Shown in pieces: positions 1-7,818 of a stretch of 64,000 bases of DNA. Numbering within the stretch: position 1 is the first letter of the stretch; each line of letters opens with the position of its first letter. The notes under the pieces were generated by a model. That model did no database searches. It was not told the origin of the DNA and saw only the letters and a list, made by a program, of their open reading frames with translations. Source of the stretch: a virus; IMG/VR virus record IMGVR_UViG_3300043397_000067, positions 1 through 64,000 of that record, one strand, 5' to 3'. The translations under genes were made by a program, and so were the position numbers.

Positions 1-1230
1 GGCTACAGCCTTGGGGACTGGCAGGGTATTGAATTGAAAGCCATCCCAGTCGGCAGTGACTACCTTATGTCCTACCTTGACGGCAGGAACGCAGCAGGAA
101 ACAGGGATAACGCAAGTGTTGCCCTGCTCGATGGCAAGTTGGTCGTCCTTACAAAGGAACAGGTAGATGCATACTACACAAGGTTTCGCAACCACCCCAC
201 CACGGGGATTACTACGGCGGGTAAAGTCAAGCCGTCGGTGGTCAACTCAAGCGACTTTATCGTCACCGACGGCCTTACAGGCCAGACGTACAATCTGTTG
301 ACGGAGACAGTACAGTTTAGGAACTACACTGTAGTTCGTAATGACACGGTAGAGCGTATCAGCACTGCGTCAGACATGACTATTTACCCACTATGCATGG
401 CTTACGGAAGTACGGTCTACTGCATGGACGGTAATGAACTTGTGGACTATGCAGGAAACAAGTACTACAACACGGAGAAAAACCTTGTACAGTACAGCTT
501 GGTACGTCTCGATGCAGAGTTGTACCCCAACGAGCAGGAGTTTATCAGCTTGTATAACGTGCTTATAACAGCAAGCGGCAAGCGTGTAAAGAAAACAGAT
601 ACGTACATTTTGTTGAAGGAAGACGGTAGCAGGGCCAGCATCCATACGTCCGAGCTTACCAAGCAGCACGTTAAGCTGTTTGCATTCAAGGGTAAGCAGG
701 TGTTTGCAGAGCCTAATGCAAAGTTCTACCTGACACCTACAAAGAAGAAGGTACACCCTGTCATCCATGACGTACAAATTACGTGGGATGGCAAGTGCTG
801 CTTTGAGCGCAACATTGACAGCGCCTACATGTTTGACGAGCTTTACTACTTTGATAAGGGCGGTAAGGCTGGGCTACACAAGTTCCTCAAGCAGAAATTC
901 TACAAGGAAGTGGAGACTGGTGACACGATTGCTGATATCAAGGCGTACCTCAGGTACTACCGAGGCGCGGTCTACAACGCACCAGTCCGTTATATCGACA
1001 GCGCATCATTGGCCACACTGAGTCTGCAAGACTGCTACACTGTAGCAGACCGGGCGCTGTACAACGTCAGGTTTAATGATACCAATTTCCGTACCCACTC
1101 GGCACTCACCAGAGCCAAGCAGTTATGTGAGTACCTTGCTGCTGACGCCAAGGCCGTAGAAGCACCACACTACCTTGCACCACAACCTGTAGTGGCAATT
1201 TTGCCAGAACCTGTTATCGAAACTGTTTAA
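1..1230 (+). CDS. Hypothetical phage protein, 5'-truncated
   Basis: Frame is open from base 1 (GYSLGDWQGIELKAIP...YLMSYLDG); stop at 1228-1230. Confidence 0.75.
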   Translation, partial: GYSLGDWQGIELKAIPVGSDYLMSYLDGRNAAGNRDNASVALLDGKLVVLTKEQVDAYYTRFRNHPTTGITTAGKVKPSVVNSSDFIVTDGLTGQTYNLLTETVQFRNYTVVRNDTVERISTASDMTIYPLCMAYGSTVYCMDGNELVDYAGNKYYNTEKNLVQYSLVRLDAELYPNEQEFISLYNVLITASGKRVKKTDTYILLKEDGSRASIHTSELTKQHVKLFAFKGKQVFAEPNAKFYLTPTKKKVHPVIHDVQITWDGKCCFERNIDSAYMFDELYYFDKGGKAGLHKFLKQKFYKEVETGDTIADIKAYLRYYRGAVYNAPVRYIDSASLATLSLQDCYTVADRALYNVRFNDTNFRTHSALTRAKQLCEYLAADAKAVEAPHYLAPQPVVAILPEPVIETV

Positions 1231-1243
1231 CCAAGGAAACATC

Positions 1244-2518
1244 ATGTCTGAACTCGCAACAACCCCCGAATCCGAAGCAAAAGCCGCAGTTGAGGCTGCT
1301 GCAGCCACCGCGCCCACAAAACCCGGCAAACAGGGCAAGCTGACCCTTGCCAAAGGCGTCGTCATGCCGGAGCTGCTGTCAAAGCCACCAACAGACCCCA
1401 ACACCCTTCTCGTATCCATTCTCCGCACTCGCCGCGCTGATGGCAGCGAAGGTGAAAAGCAGTTTCGTATCTGGCTGTTCCAGCACCTCAAGCAGATGAC
1501 GGGCAAGGAACCTACAGCACTTGCACTGGGTTGCCTCTATGTCCAAATTGGTAAGGGCAAGACACTGTTCTCATGCCACGTTGATACCGTGCATGGTGTG
1601 CAAGAATCCAATGCACCGGGCGCTCAAGAGCTAAGCTACGACTCTGTGAAGGGGCATATCTTCCTCTCTAACCTGAAATCTTCGGGCTGTCTTGGTGCCG
1701 ATAATGGTGCTGGCATCTATATGCTTCTCAACCTGATCGAAGCCAAGGTGCCCGGTGGCTACATCTTCCACACTGGCGAAGAACGCGGCGGCAAGGGTAG
1801 CCGCGCCGTCCGCAAGGACCACCAAGCCATGCTCGACGGCTACGACCGCGCCGTAGCCTTTGACCGCCGTGGTGGGGCCGAGGTCATTCACACTCAGGGC
1901 GGCATGCGCTGCGCTTCTGATGTGGCAAGTATGTGGCTGTGCAGCAAGCTCAATGACGCAGGACTTGCATACAAGCCTTCTGACAGGGGCAGCTTTACAG
2001 ACACCAAAATCTACGCTGACACCATTCCTGAGTGCTTCAACGTAGCGGTGGGCTATGACTTTGAGCATGGGCCGCAAGAAATTCTGGACGTTACCCATCT
2101 TGAGAACCTTGTATCAGTATGCAAGACTGTTCCTTGGGATGACATGCCTACTGTCCGTAAGCCAGAAGCTCTGTACACGAAGCCAAAGACTACGAAGTAC
2201 AAGACACCAAGCTACGAAAGCTACGGCTTCCCCGGCTTCGGTGGCCTTGGCTCCAACGACTTCGAGGACTACGAGCCACCACGCTCCCCATTCAAGACAC
2301 CACAGCAGGCCGCAAAGCCGATCAAGGTGTCTCTGCCTTCCTTTTGCGACTCGATGCCAAAGTATGTTGGTGAGTTGTTTGACGGTAATCAAGAGGATGT
2401 GCAGAATTTCGTAGACGCTGAGCCTGTCATGGCAGCGGCTGCACTCACGGTACTCATGGGACGAGTTGCCGCGCTTGAGGCAGAAAAGCAAGTGTACTTG
2501 CGCCTGCTAGGGACGTAA
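1244..2518 (+). CDS. Zn-dependent peptidase, M28/M20-like
   Basis: Motifs SCHVDTVH, LGADNGAG, FHTGEERG, AFDRRG, SFTDT, NVAVGY..EH; RBS AAGGAA. Confidence 0.85.
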   Translation: MSELATTPESEAKAAVEAAAATAPTKPGKQGKLTLAKGVVMPELLSKPPTDPNTLLVSILRTRRADGSEGEKQFRIWLFQHLKQMTGKEPTALALGCLYVQIGKGKTLFSCHVDTVHGVQESNAPGAQELSYDSVKGHIFLSNLKSSGCLGADNGAGIYMLLNLIEAKVPGGYIFHTGEERGGKGSRAVRKDHQAMLDGYDRAVAFDRRGGAEVIHTQGGMRCASDVASMWLCSKLNDAGLAYKPSDRGSFTDTKIYADTIPECFNVAVGYDFEHGPQEILDVTHLENLVSVCKTVPWDDMPTVRKPEALYTKPKTTKYKTPSYESYGFPGFGGLGSNDFEDYEPPRSPFKTPQQAAKPIKVSLPSFCDSMPKYVGELFDGNQEDVQNFVDAEPVMAAAALTVLMGRVAALEAEKQVYLRLLGT

Positions 2519-2521
2519 ATC

Positions 2522-2962
2522 ATGGCAGTCATCGTCAATACCGATAAGAATACCCTTGAAATAGAGGATATAGGCGTGACTCTAAGGACCTTGCTTGCAT
2601 GCGGCGCTAAAGGGTACGCCACATCAGGTCGTAGGAAGTGGTCTGTGTACTATCACGGTGCAAAGATCGCAGAGATTCAAATCAAAGATACCCACTTGAA
2701 AGGAAAGAGAAATGAACACAGCAGTAGCACAAGCCCTGATAGCAGCCGGAATCAAGCCAAAGCCGTTGAAGGAGCGGGTGTGGTTGTGGTTGAAGGACCA
2801 CCCGGACCACACTGGAACGTCAGTATCGAAAGCACTGCAGGAGTCGGAGCAGTCAGTAGCATCGGCACTGGCGGACATGACTATGCGGGGGATGCTAGCA
2901 AGGGAGCAGACAAGAAGCATGCGTCGGAACATCAAGGTGTGGATTTACAAGGCAGTAGGTGA
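2522..2962 (+). CDS. Hypothetical protein; 3' part overlaps the next gene
   Basis: ATG 3 nt after the peptidase stop; ~250 nt overlap with 2712..3215 makes the C-terminal half doubtful. Confidence 0.35.
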   Translation: MAVIVNTDKNTLEIEDIGVTLRTLLACGAKGYATSGRRKWSVYYHGAKIAEIQIKDTHLKGKRNEHSSSTSPDSSRNQAKAVEGAGVVVVEGPPGPHWNVSIESTAGVGAVSSIGTGGHDYAGDASKGADKKHASEHQGVDLQGSR

Positions 2963-3215
2963 TACCTATACGGTATTGCCACGGGTCAAGGATGCTACAC
3001 CAAGGAAGTGGCGTCCAACAATGTCTTCTTCAAAGACCCCGCCTATCGGGCAAGCACCAGCCATTGTAGCTATTGCGGAGCTACCGCATTCACCGGTAGG
3101 GCCTAACCCTGATACCTGCACACGGAAAATTTCTGTACAGGAAATTGTAGACGGTATGACCGTCTCAGAAGCGCGTGAAATGCACACGTATCTCAACTCA
3201 CTTTTCGGAAAGTAA
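2712..3215 (+). CDS. Putative winged-helix DNA-binding protein
   Basis: RBS AAAGGA; ERVWLWLKDHP..T...VSKAL....SVASALADM..RGML wHTH-like pattern. Confidence 0.6.
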   Translation: MNTAVAQALIAAGIKPKPLKERVWLWLKDHPDHTGTSVSKALQESEQSVASALADMTMRGMLAREQTRSMRRNIKVWIYKAVGDTYTVLPRVKDATPRKWRPTMSSSKTPPIGQAPAIVAIAELPHSPVGPNPDTCTRKISVQEIVDGMTVSEAREMHTYLNSLFGK

Positions 3216-3218
3216 ACC

Positions 3219-3407
3219 ATGTTCGCATCTTTCACCCAAGACCCGCTCAAACTGGCCAAGCACGAGCTTGAAGCCGCTAAGCGGGAACTCCTTACAAGTC
3301 AGTCCACACTTGAGATGGCACAAGCGTCAGTGCAGTACAACGAAGCACGTATTGCCCGACTTGGTGATACCATCCTCAAGTGGGAGTCTGACAAACTGAA
3401 CAGTTGA
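3219..3407 (+). CDS. Small coiled-coil hypothetical protein
   Basis: Tightly packed ORF with heptad pattern. Confidence 0.6.
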   Translation: MFASFTQDPLKLAKHELEAAKRELLTSQSTLEMAQASVQYNEARIARLGDTILKWESDKLNS

Positions 3408-3490
3408 GTGTTGTGTAGATACAACACAGGAGAGACGTTATGAAATAAATGAAAATTTTTTCAAAGGTGACACACACAGCCTAAAAATGT

Positions 3491-3507
3491 GTGTAGAATT
3501 CAATCCC
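3491..3507 (+). promoter_or_regulatory. Promoter-like motif GTGTAGAATTCAATCCC (-10 TAGAAT)
   Basis: TAGAAT at 3494-3499 in an intergenic region; near-identical copy at 3892-3909. Confidence 0.55.
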
Positions 3508-3553
3508 AGCAGCACAGTGCTGCAAAACAAAACCCAACCAAGGAACCATTATC

Positions 3554-3838
3554 ATGGCTGCAATTCAAACCTCTATCGCAATCCCCGCTTTGAAGCGTTT
3601 CGCTTCCAAAGGCTCGTCCTATGACTTCGCTGGCCTGCGCGCTGGCACCGAAGACTGCATCGCAGAAATGGGTGTCGTCAACGCTGGCAAGGCCCATGCA
3701 CGGCTGTCGAGCGCCGTTGTGGCCTACCGCAAGCGTAGCGGTAGTAAGGACAAGTTCACGGTGCGTACCTTCAAGAACGCAGAAGGTCAGGACTGTGTGG
3801 GTGTGTGGAAGCTGGCAACGCCGGAAGCCGCTGCCTAA
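3554..3838 (+). CDS. Small basic putative DNA-binding protein
   Basis: IAIP....KGSSYDF....AYRKR...KFTVR...GVWK pattern of a widespread small phage protein family; RBS AAGGAA; own promoter and terminator. Confidence 0.7.
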   Translation: MAAIQTSIAIPALKRFASKGSSYDFAGLRAGTEDCIAEMGVVNAGKAHARLSSAVVAYRKRSGSKDKFTVRTFKNAEGQDCVGVWKLATPEAAA

Positions 3839-3862
3839 ACCCTGCTAAGGGTTTTTCCTAAG

Positions 3863-3889
3863 AAAACGGGGGCTTCGGTCCCCGTTTTT
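3863..3889 (+). terminator. Rho-independent terminator
   Basis: AAAACGGGGGC-TTCG-GTCCCCGTTTTT. Confidence 0.85.
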
Positions 3890-3891
3890 GC

Positions 3892-3909
3892 GTGTAGAAT
3901 TTCAATTCC
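3892..3909 (+). promoter_or_regulatory. Promoter-like motif GTGTAGAATTTCAATTCC upstream of the RNA block
   Basis: TAGAAT at 3895-3900; repeat of the 3491 motif. Confidence 0.55.
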
Positions 3910-3921
3910 TGTCATATTTTC

Positions 3922-4215
3922 AGTGGTATGTGTACACGTTAGGTCTATTAGCTTAGGCTGCAAACTGGGTAACCGGGAGATATACAGCCACTATCAGAAC
4001 GGCGCTGTGGAAAGACACAGTAAATGCGGACCAATTAGGCTGTAGCACGGGGAAGCTCTGTCATGTAGCACGAGGCGTATGCCGGTAGACTCATGCAGAA
4101 TGTCGGGAACAGCCAAGCTAGTATGAAAACACTAGCCCGTTCTGATAGTGGTAAAGAAAATAGCGGTTTGCGGGTCAAGTAGAGGGTCACCCCGCAGTGA
4201 GCAAGTAATACCACT
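3922..4215 (+). ncRNA. Candidate structured ncRNA with a tRNA-shaped core (3988-4151)
   Basis: Perfect 15-bp stem 3988-4002/4137-4151; internal stems 4005-4020, 4038-4043/4109-4114, 4117-4136; outer 8-bp pairing 3922-3929/4208-4215; no credible ORF. Confidence 0.55.
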
Positions 4216-4217
4216 AC

Positions 4218-4293
4218 GTATCGGTAGCTCAACTGGCAGAGCAGTGGCCTCCAAAGCCGAAGGTTGAGGGTTCGACTCCTTCCCGGTACGCCA
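4218..4293 (+). tRNA. tRNA-Trp (CCA)
   Basis: Cloverleaf: GTATCGG/CCGGTAC acceptor, GCTC/GAGC D-stem, CT-CCA-AA loop, GAGGG-TTCGACT-CCTTC T-arm, G73, encoded CCA. Confidence 0.93.
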
Positions 4294-4445
4294 GCTATAT
4301 CGTAGGCGCGTTAGGCGAAAGTAGGTTGAGTAGCTTAGCGTGCCTACGAGATAGCTAGCAACAGCGGTCGCATACACTTGGCACTTACTGGGTGCGTTTC
4401 CTCTAGTGTATGCGTTTCCTGTACTTGCAGGTGCGCTAGCTATCT
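4294..4445 (+). ncRNA. Candidate structured RNA in the tRNA 3' trailer
   Basis: 23-bp stem 4294-4316/4333-4355 (one mismatch, three G-U); 10-bp stem 4369-4378/4405-4414; 11-bp stem 4349-4359/4435-4445. Confidence 0.5.
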
Positions 4446-4466
4446 ACCACCACTTTAAGGAGAGAT

Positions 4467-4913
4467 ATGAAAAGGATACTCACACCGGGCTCCCCACAAC
4501 TACTTGAGCTGCTATCGGCGCTAAACCTAGGGCAAAGACCTGTAAAAAACCTTGAGTTCTCCATAGACGTTGAGAGCATAGGTTATATCACAGTCACTAC
4601 AGTAGCGTCAGAGTACGACTGCGCTGCCATCACCAAGTTCCTACAGCACCCACTTGAAGCTAAAGCAAGGGCACTTGCTAAGGCTTTGAGAGAGACAAAC
4701 TTTGAATCAAGTGCGTCTATATGCGCCCTTGACGACCAATTAAACGCCCTTGAGGAAGAACTCAATGTCCTACCAAGCCGTATTTCCGAAAATAGCCGGA
4801 ACGTACCTCCCGGAGAAGCCAAGAGAACGGAAGTCCCTAACAGGTACTCGATCAGGGTACAAGATGGACTACAAGCACCAGACGCAGAAGTACCCACACA
4901 AGGAGATAATTGA
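4467..4913 (+). CDS. Hypothetical protein
   Basis: Strong RBS TAAGGAG before the ATG. Confidence 0.65.
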   Translation: MKRILTPGSPQLLELLSALNLGQRPVKNLEFSIDVESIGYITVTTVASEYDCAAITKFLQHPLEAKARALAKALRETNFESSASICALDDQLNALEEELNVLPSRISENSRNVPPGEAKRTEVPNRYSIRVQDGLQAPDAEVPTQGDN

Positions 4914-5052
4914 TAAGGTACTTGCGGGAGCTACTTGGGAACAATGTGCAGCTGAATATAACTGCACATTAGGCGCTATGTATCTACGTAAGCTAGTTAT
5001 CGTAGGTGCAGCCGCACGAAACCTTAAACCAGAGCAGGCACGTAAATTATGA
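4765..5052 (+). CDS. Hypothetical protein, possible HTH
   Basis: GAGGA before the ATG at 4765; ATGA coupling to rtcB; TWEQCAAEYNCTLGAMY HTH-like segment. Confidence 0.5.
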   Translation: MSYQAVFPKIAGTYLPEKPRERKSLTGTRSGYKMDYKHQTQKYPHKEIIDKVLAGATWEQCAAEYNCTLGAMYLRKLVIVGAAARNLKPEQARKL

Positions 5053-6278
5053 TAGTCATTCAAGAGCAAGGTAGCAGGCCAATTAAAGCATGGGTTGGAG
5101 AAAAACCCATGCCCGGAGCATCCTACGAAGATGTAGTGCTTAACGGGGCTACGGTGCCCGACATTGAAGATACTGCACTGCAGCAAGCCAAGAACCTTGC
5201 GCGGCTCCCCTTTATTGCAAAGAACGGTGTGGCTCTTATGCCAGACGTTCATGCAGGCGTAGGGTCTACCATCGGCAGCGTTATCGCTACACACAAAGCG
5301 ATTATCCCGGCAGCAGTAGGTGTTGACATTGGCTGCGGCATGTGCGCCGTCAAGACCAATCTCAAGGCCAGCCAACTGCCCGACTCCATGAAGGGTATCT
5401 TCGATGCTATTTCTAAGGCAGTACCAGTGGGCTTTAACCAGCACCAAGAGAACTCGAAGCAGTTTGCGGTGAACTCGTGGGACATGACAAACCTGCCAGC
5501 AGAAGTACGCACAGACAAGCTTCACACTAAAGCTGTAGCCCAGCTTGGTACTCTAGGTGGCGGCAACCACTTCATCGAGATATGCTTGGACGAGAACCAA
5601 GATGTGTGGGTTATGTTGCACAGCGGCTCTCGCGGCGTTGGCAATGTTATTGGAACTACGTTTATTGATAAAGCCAAGGAGCATATGGCCCGTAACTTTA
5701 TCGAACTACCAGACCCCAACCTTGCTTTTCTGCCAGAAGGCGACAAGCTATTTCAAGACTACATCAGCTGTATGTTATGGGCACAGCACTACGCTAAGAA
5801 CAACCGCAAGGTAATGCTTGAGAATGTGCTTAAGGTTTTGGCAGAACAAATCACGGACCTCAAGGTTACAGAGGAAGCTATTAACGTACACCACAACTAC
5901 GCCCAAAGGGAGAACCACTTTGGGCAGAACCTGTGGATTACGCGAAAAGGCGCTACTCGTGCAGGCAAGGGTGAGCTTGGCATCATCCCCGGCAGTATGG
6001 GCCAGAAGTCCTACATCGTTTGCGGCAAGGGTCACGTAGAGAGCTACTGTTCTTGCAGTCACGGCGCAGGCCGCTCGATGAGCCGCACAGAGGCTAAAAA
6101 GCGGTTCAGCTTGACTGACCTTGTTTCGCAGACGCAAGGCGTGGAGTGCCGCAAAGACGAAGGCGTACTGGACGAGATTCCGGGTGCCTACAAGGACATA
6201 GATGTGGTGATGGAAAACCAGAAAGACTTGGTTGAAGTGGTACACACCCTCAAGCAAGTCATGTGCATTAAGGGGTAG
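5049..6278 (+). CDS. rtcB: RtcB family RNA 3'-phosphate/5'-OH ligase
   Basis: MPDVHAG, VGVDIGCG, GTLGGGNHFIE, LHSGSRG, HHNY, TRKGA, IPGSMG, SCSHGAGR, DEIPGAYKDI. Confidence 0.96.
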   Translation: MIVIQEQGSRPIKAWVGEKPMPGASYEDVVLNGATVPDIEDTALQQAKNLARLPFIAKNGVALMPDVHAGVGSTIGSVIATHKAIIPAAVGVDIGCGMCAVKTNLKASQLPDSMKGIFDAISKAVPVGFNQHQENSKQFAVNSWDMTNLPAEVRTDKLHTKAVAQLGTLGGGNHFIEICLDENQDVWVMLHSGSRGVGNVIGTTFIDKAKEHMARNFIELPDPNLAFLPEGDKLFQDYISCMLWAQHYAKNNRKVMLENVLKVLAEQITDLKVTEEAINVHHNYAQRENHFGQNLWITRKGATRAGKGELGIIPGSMGQKSYIVCGKGHVESYCSCSHGAGRSMSRTEAKKRFSLTDLVSQTQGVECRKDEGVLDEIPGAYKDIDVVMENQKDLVEVVHTLKQVMCIKG

Positions 6279-6331
6279 GTCATGGACACTATTCCAATAG
6301 TAAAGATTGAGCCAGATACCAAGGAGCAGTA

Positions 6332-6565
6332 ATGTTTCGCCTTATCAGATTTGTAGCCCACCTAATTGGGCCTATGTGGAACTTAATGCGTGGCAGATGG
6401 TACGTATTAAGAGACGTACCGGATTGGGTTCTTGCGGATATAAACGAGATGTTCAGACGCCGAGGTGAAGAAATACGTCGAGACGACTTTATGGTAAGTC
6501 TGTTTGAGGAAGCTAGGCAAGAAACTATGCGCCGCTACAGGCAGGAAGGCATTAAATGCGAGTGA
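6332..6565 (+). CDS. Hypothetical protein
   Basis: RBS AAGGAG; operon packing. Confidence 0.6.
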   Translation: MFRLIRFVAHLIGPMWNLMRGRWYVLRDVPDWVLADINEMFRRRGEEIRRDDFMVSLFEEARQETMRRYRQEGIKCE

Positions 6566-6768
6566 AAATCTGCGTAGACGGCGAAAAGCCTATTTACCTG
6601 CCGCTGGTAGGATACCAGAAGGTGTCTGTGGAGTTTGATCTCGAAGACCGTACCCCATACGATATGCTTAACTACACTGTAGGTATAACAGGCCAATACA
6701 ACGAGAAGTCTGAGTTTATTAAAAGCATACTAGTGCTTGAAGTGGCTGCAGAGCCTATAAAGGCATAA
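6556..6768 (+). CDS. Hypothetical protein
   Basis: Overlapping start, operon packing. Confidence 0.6.
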   Translation: MRVKICVDGEKPIYLPLVGYQKVSVEFDLEDRTPYDMLNYTVGITGQYNEKSEFIKSILVLEVAAEPIKA

Positions 6769-6769
6769 C

Positions 6770-7207
6770 GTGGAAACATCTAATAGGCCTATGGTTGTAG
6801 GCGGCTTTTACAACTGGAAGAACCAGCCAGAAAGGCTTGTATATCTTGGCCGCAAGCAGCGTGGTTGGCAGTTCTTGCACCAGTTTGCTCTTGTGGATAG
6901 TCCACAGGAAGTACGGTACGAAGTTACTTCCGGCTACCTCTCTTACATAGAAGAGACAGGCAGACCAGAACAAGACCTAGTAGAGGTTAACGAGATTCTT
7001 GAGGAGCGAATGGCGATTGCAGGCATTAACCCGTTGAAGATGGGCAGAACTCTACGCTTTGCGGAGTTGTACGGTAGCGACTTACGCACAGTAGGTGTTG
7101 TTACTTACAAGCCAACGAACCCCGATATAGCAGCCCACAATGCCGCTATAGATAAGCGGCGCAAAGAAAAGTTACAAGCTCGTAGAGAGCGAAGGAGCTA
7201 TAGATGA
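6770..7207 (+). CDS. Hypothetical protein
   Basis: Operon packing; GGFYNWKNQPERLVYLG segment. Confidence 0.6.
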   Translation: METSNRPMVVGGFYNWKNQPERLVYLGRKQRGWQFLHQFALVDSPQEVRYEVTSGYLSYIEETGRPEQDLVEVNEILEERMAIAGINPLKMGRTLRFAELYGSDLRTVGVVTYKPTNPDIAAHNAAIDKRRKEKLQARRERRSYR

Positions 7208-7653
7208 AAACCAACATTGAACTGGCGCGGGAAGCTGGAGAGCAGTTGACTATTTTTGCAGCAAAGTTTCCTGAAATGTTTGACCGCTACACCGCCGCAG
7301 TAGAAGCCCGCATGATGGCGAAGCTGCTGGAAGGTGCGGGGGAGCCGGTGGCGTGGCTTTATACATTGCGATACGGTCAAGAAATTGTCAATACAAGGGT
7401 GTCTGACTATCAACTTAACTATCCTTTTGGTGTTTGTGGTGCGGATTACCTACCAAAGAATCATGAGGGTGTTTCGTATGTAAAGCAGACACCACTTCAC
7501 ACCCCAGACAAGATAGCAGCAGCTGTGCTGCACAGGGAACAGGAAAACCTGAAAAGCTATCTCAAGCTGGCAGAAGTGAACAAGCAGCAAGCCGCAATCA
7601 TCAGAGACTTGCGCGAGGAAATAACTGCATGGCGTAACAGAGGAACGAAATGA
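7204..7653 (+). CDS. Hypothetical protein (EPVAW-type early phage protein)
   Basis: ATGA overlap, RBS AAGGAG, GEPVAWLY motif. Confidence 0.65.
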   Translation: MKTNIELAREAGEQLTIFAAKFPEMFDRYTAAVEARMMAKLLEGAGEPVAWLYTLRYGQEIVNTRVSDYQLNYPFGVCGADYLPKNHEGVSYVKQTPLHTPDKIAAAVLHREQENLKSYLKLAEVNKQQAAIIRDLREEITAWRNRGTK

Positions 7654-7817
7654 AACGATTGGCTATTTTTGCACTTGTCTTATGTGTCTGTGCTGCTTTG
7701 GCGTGGATTGGTGGATTTAACTTTGACCAAAGAGGGAAAGATTCTTTTTTATGGAGCTTTTGCTCACTGATTGCTGCTGCATTGATAGCGACTTTCCCCG
7801 GACTTGACAAGGATTGA
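7650..7817 (+). CDS. 55-aa two-TM membrane protein (not in ORF track)
   Basis: MKRLAIFALVLCVCAALAWIGGFNFDQRGKDSFLWSFCSLIAAALIATFPGLDKD; ATGA overlap, RBS GAGGA. Confidence 0.6.
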   Translation: MKRLAIFALVLCVCAALAWIGGFNFDQRGKDSFLWSFCSLIAAALIATFPGLDKD

Positions 7818-7818
7818 C

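Noticed and set aside
3956-3989. GCAAAC..GTAA..GG hairpin resembling c-di-GMP-I riboswitch P2
   Set aside because: Lacks the GACGCAAAGC segment and a recognisable P3 receptor arm
3922-4445. tmRNA or a known small ribozyme (hammerhead, pistol, HDV/theta)
   Set aside because: No tmRNA termini, no CTGATGA core, and no pistol or HDV pseudoknot could be built by eye
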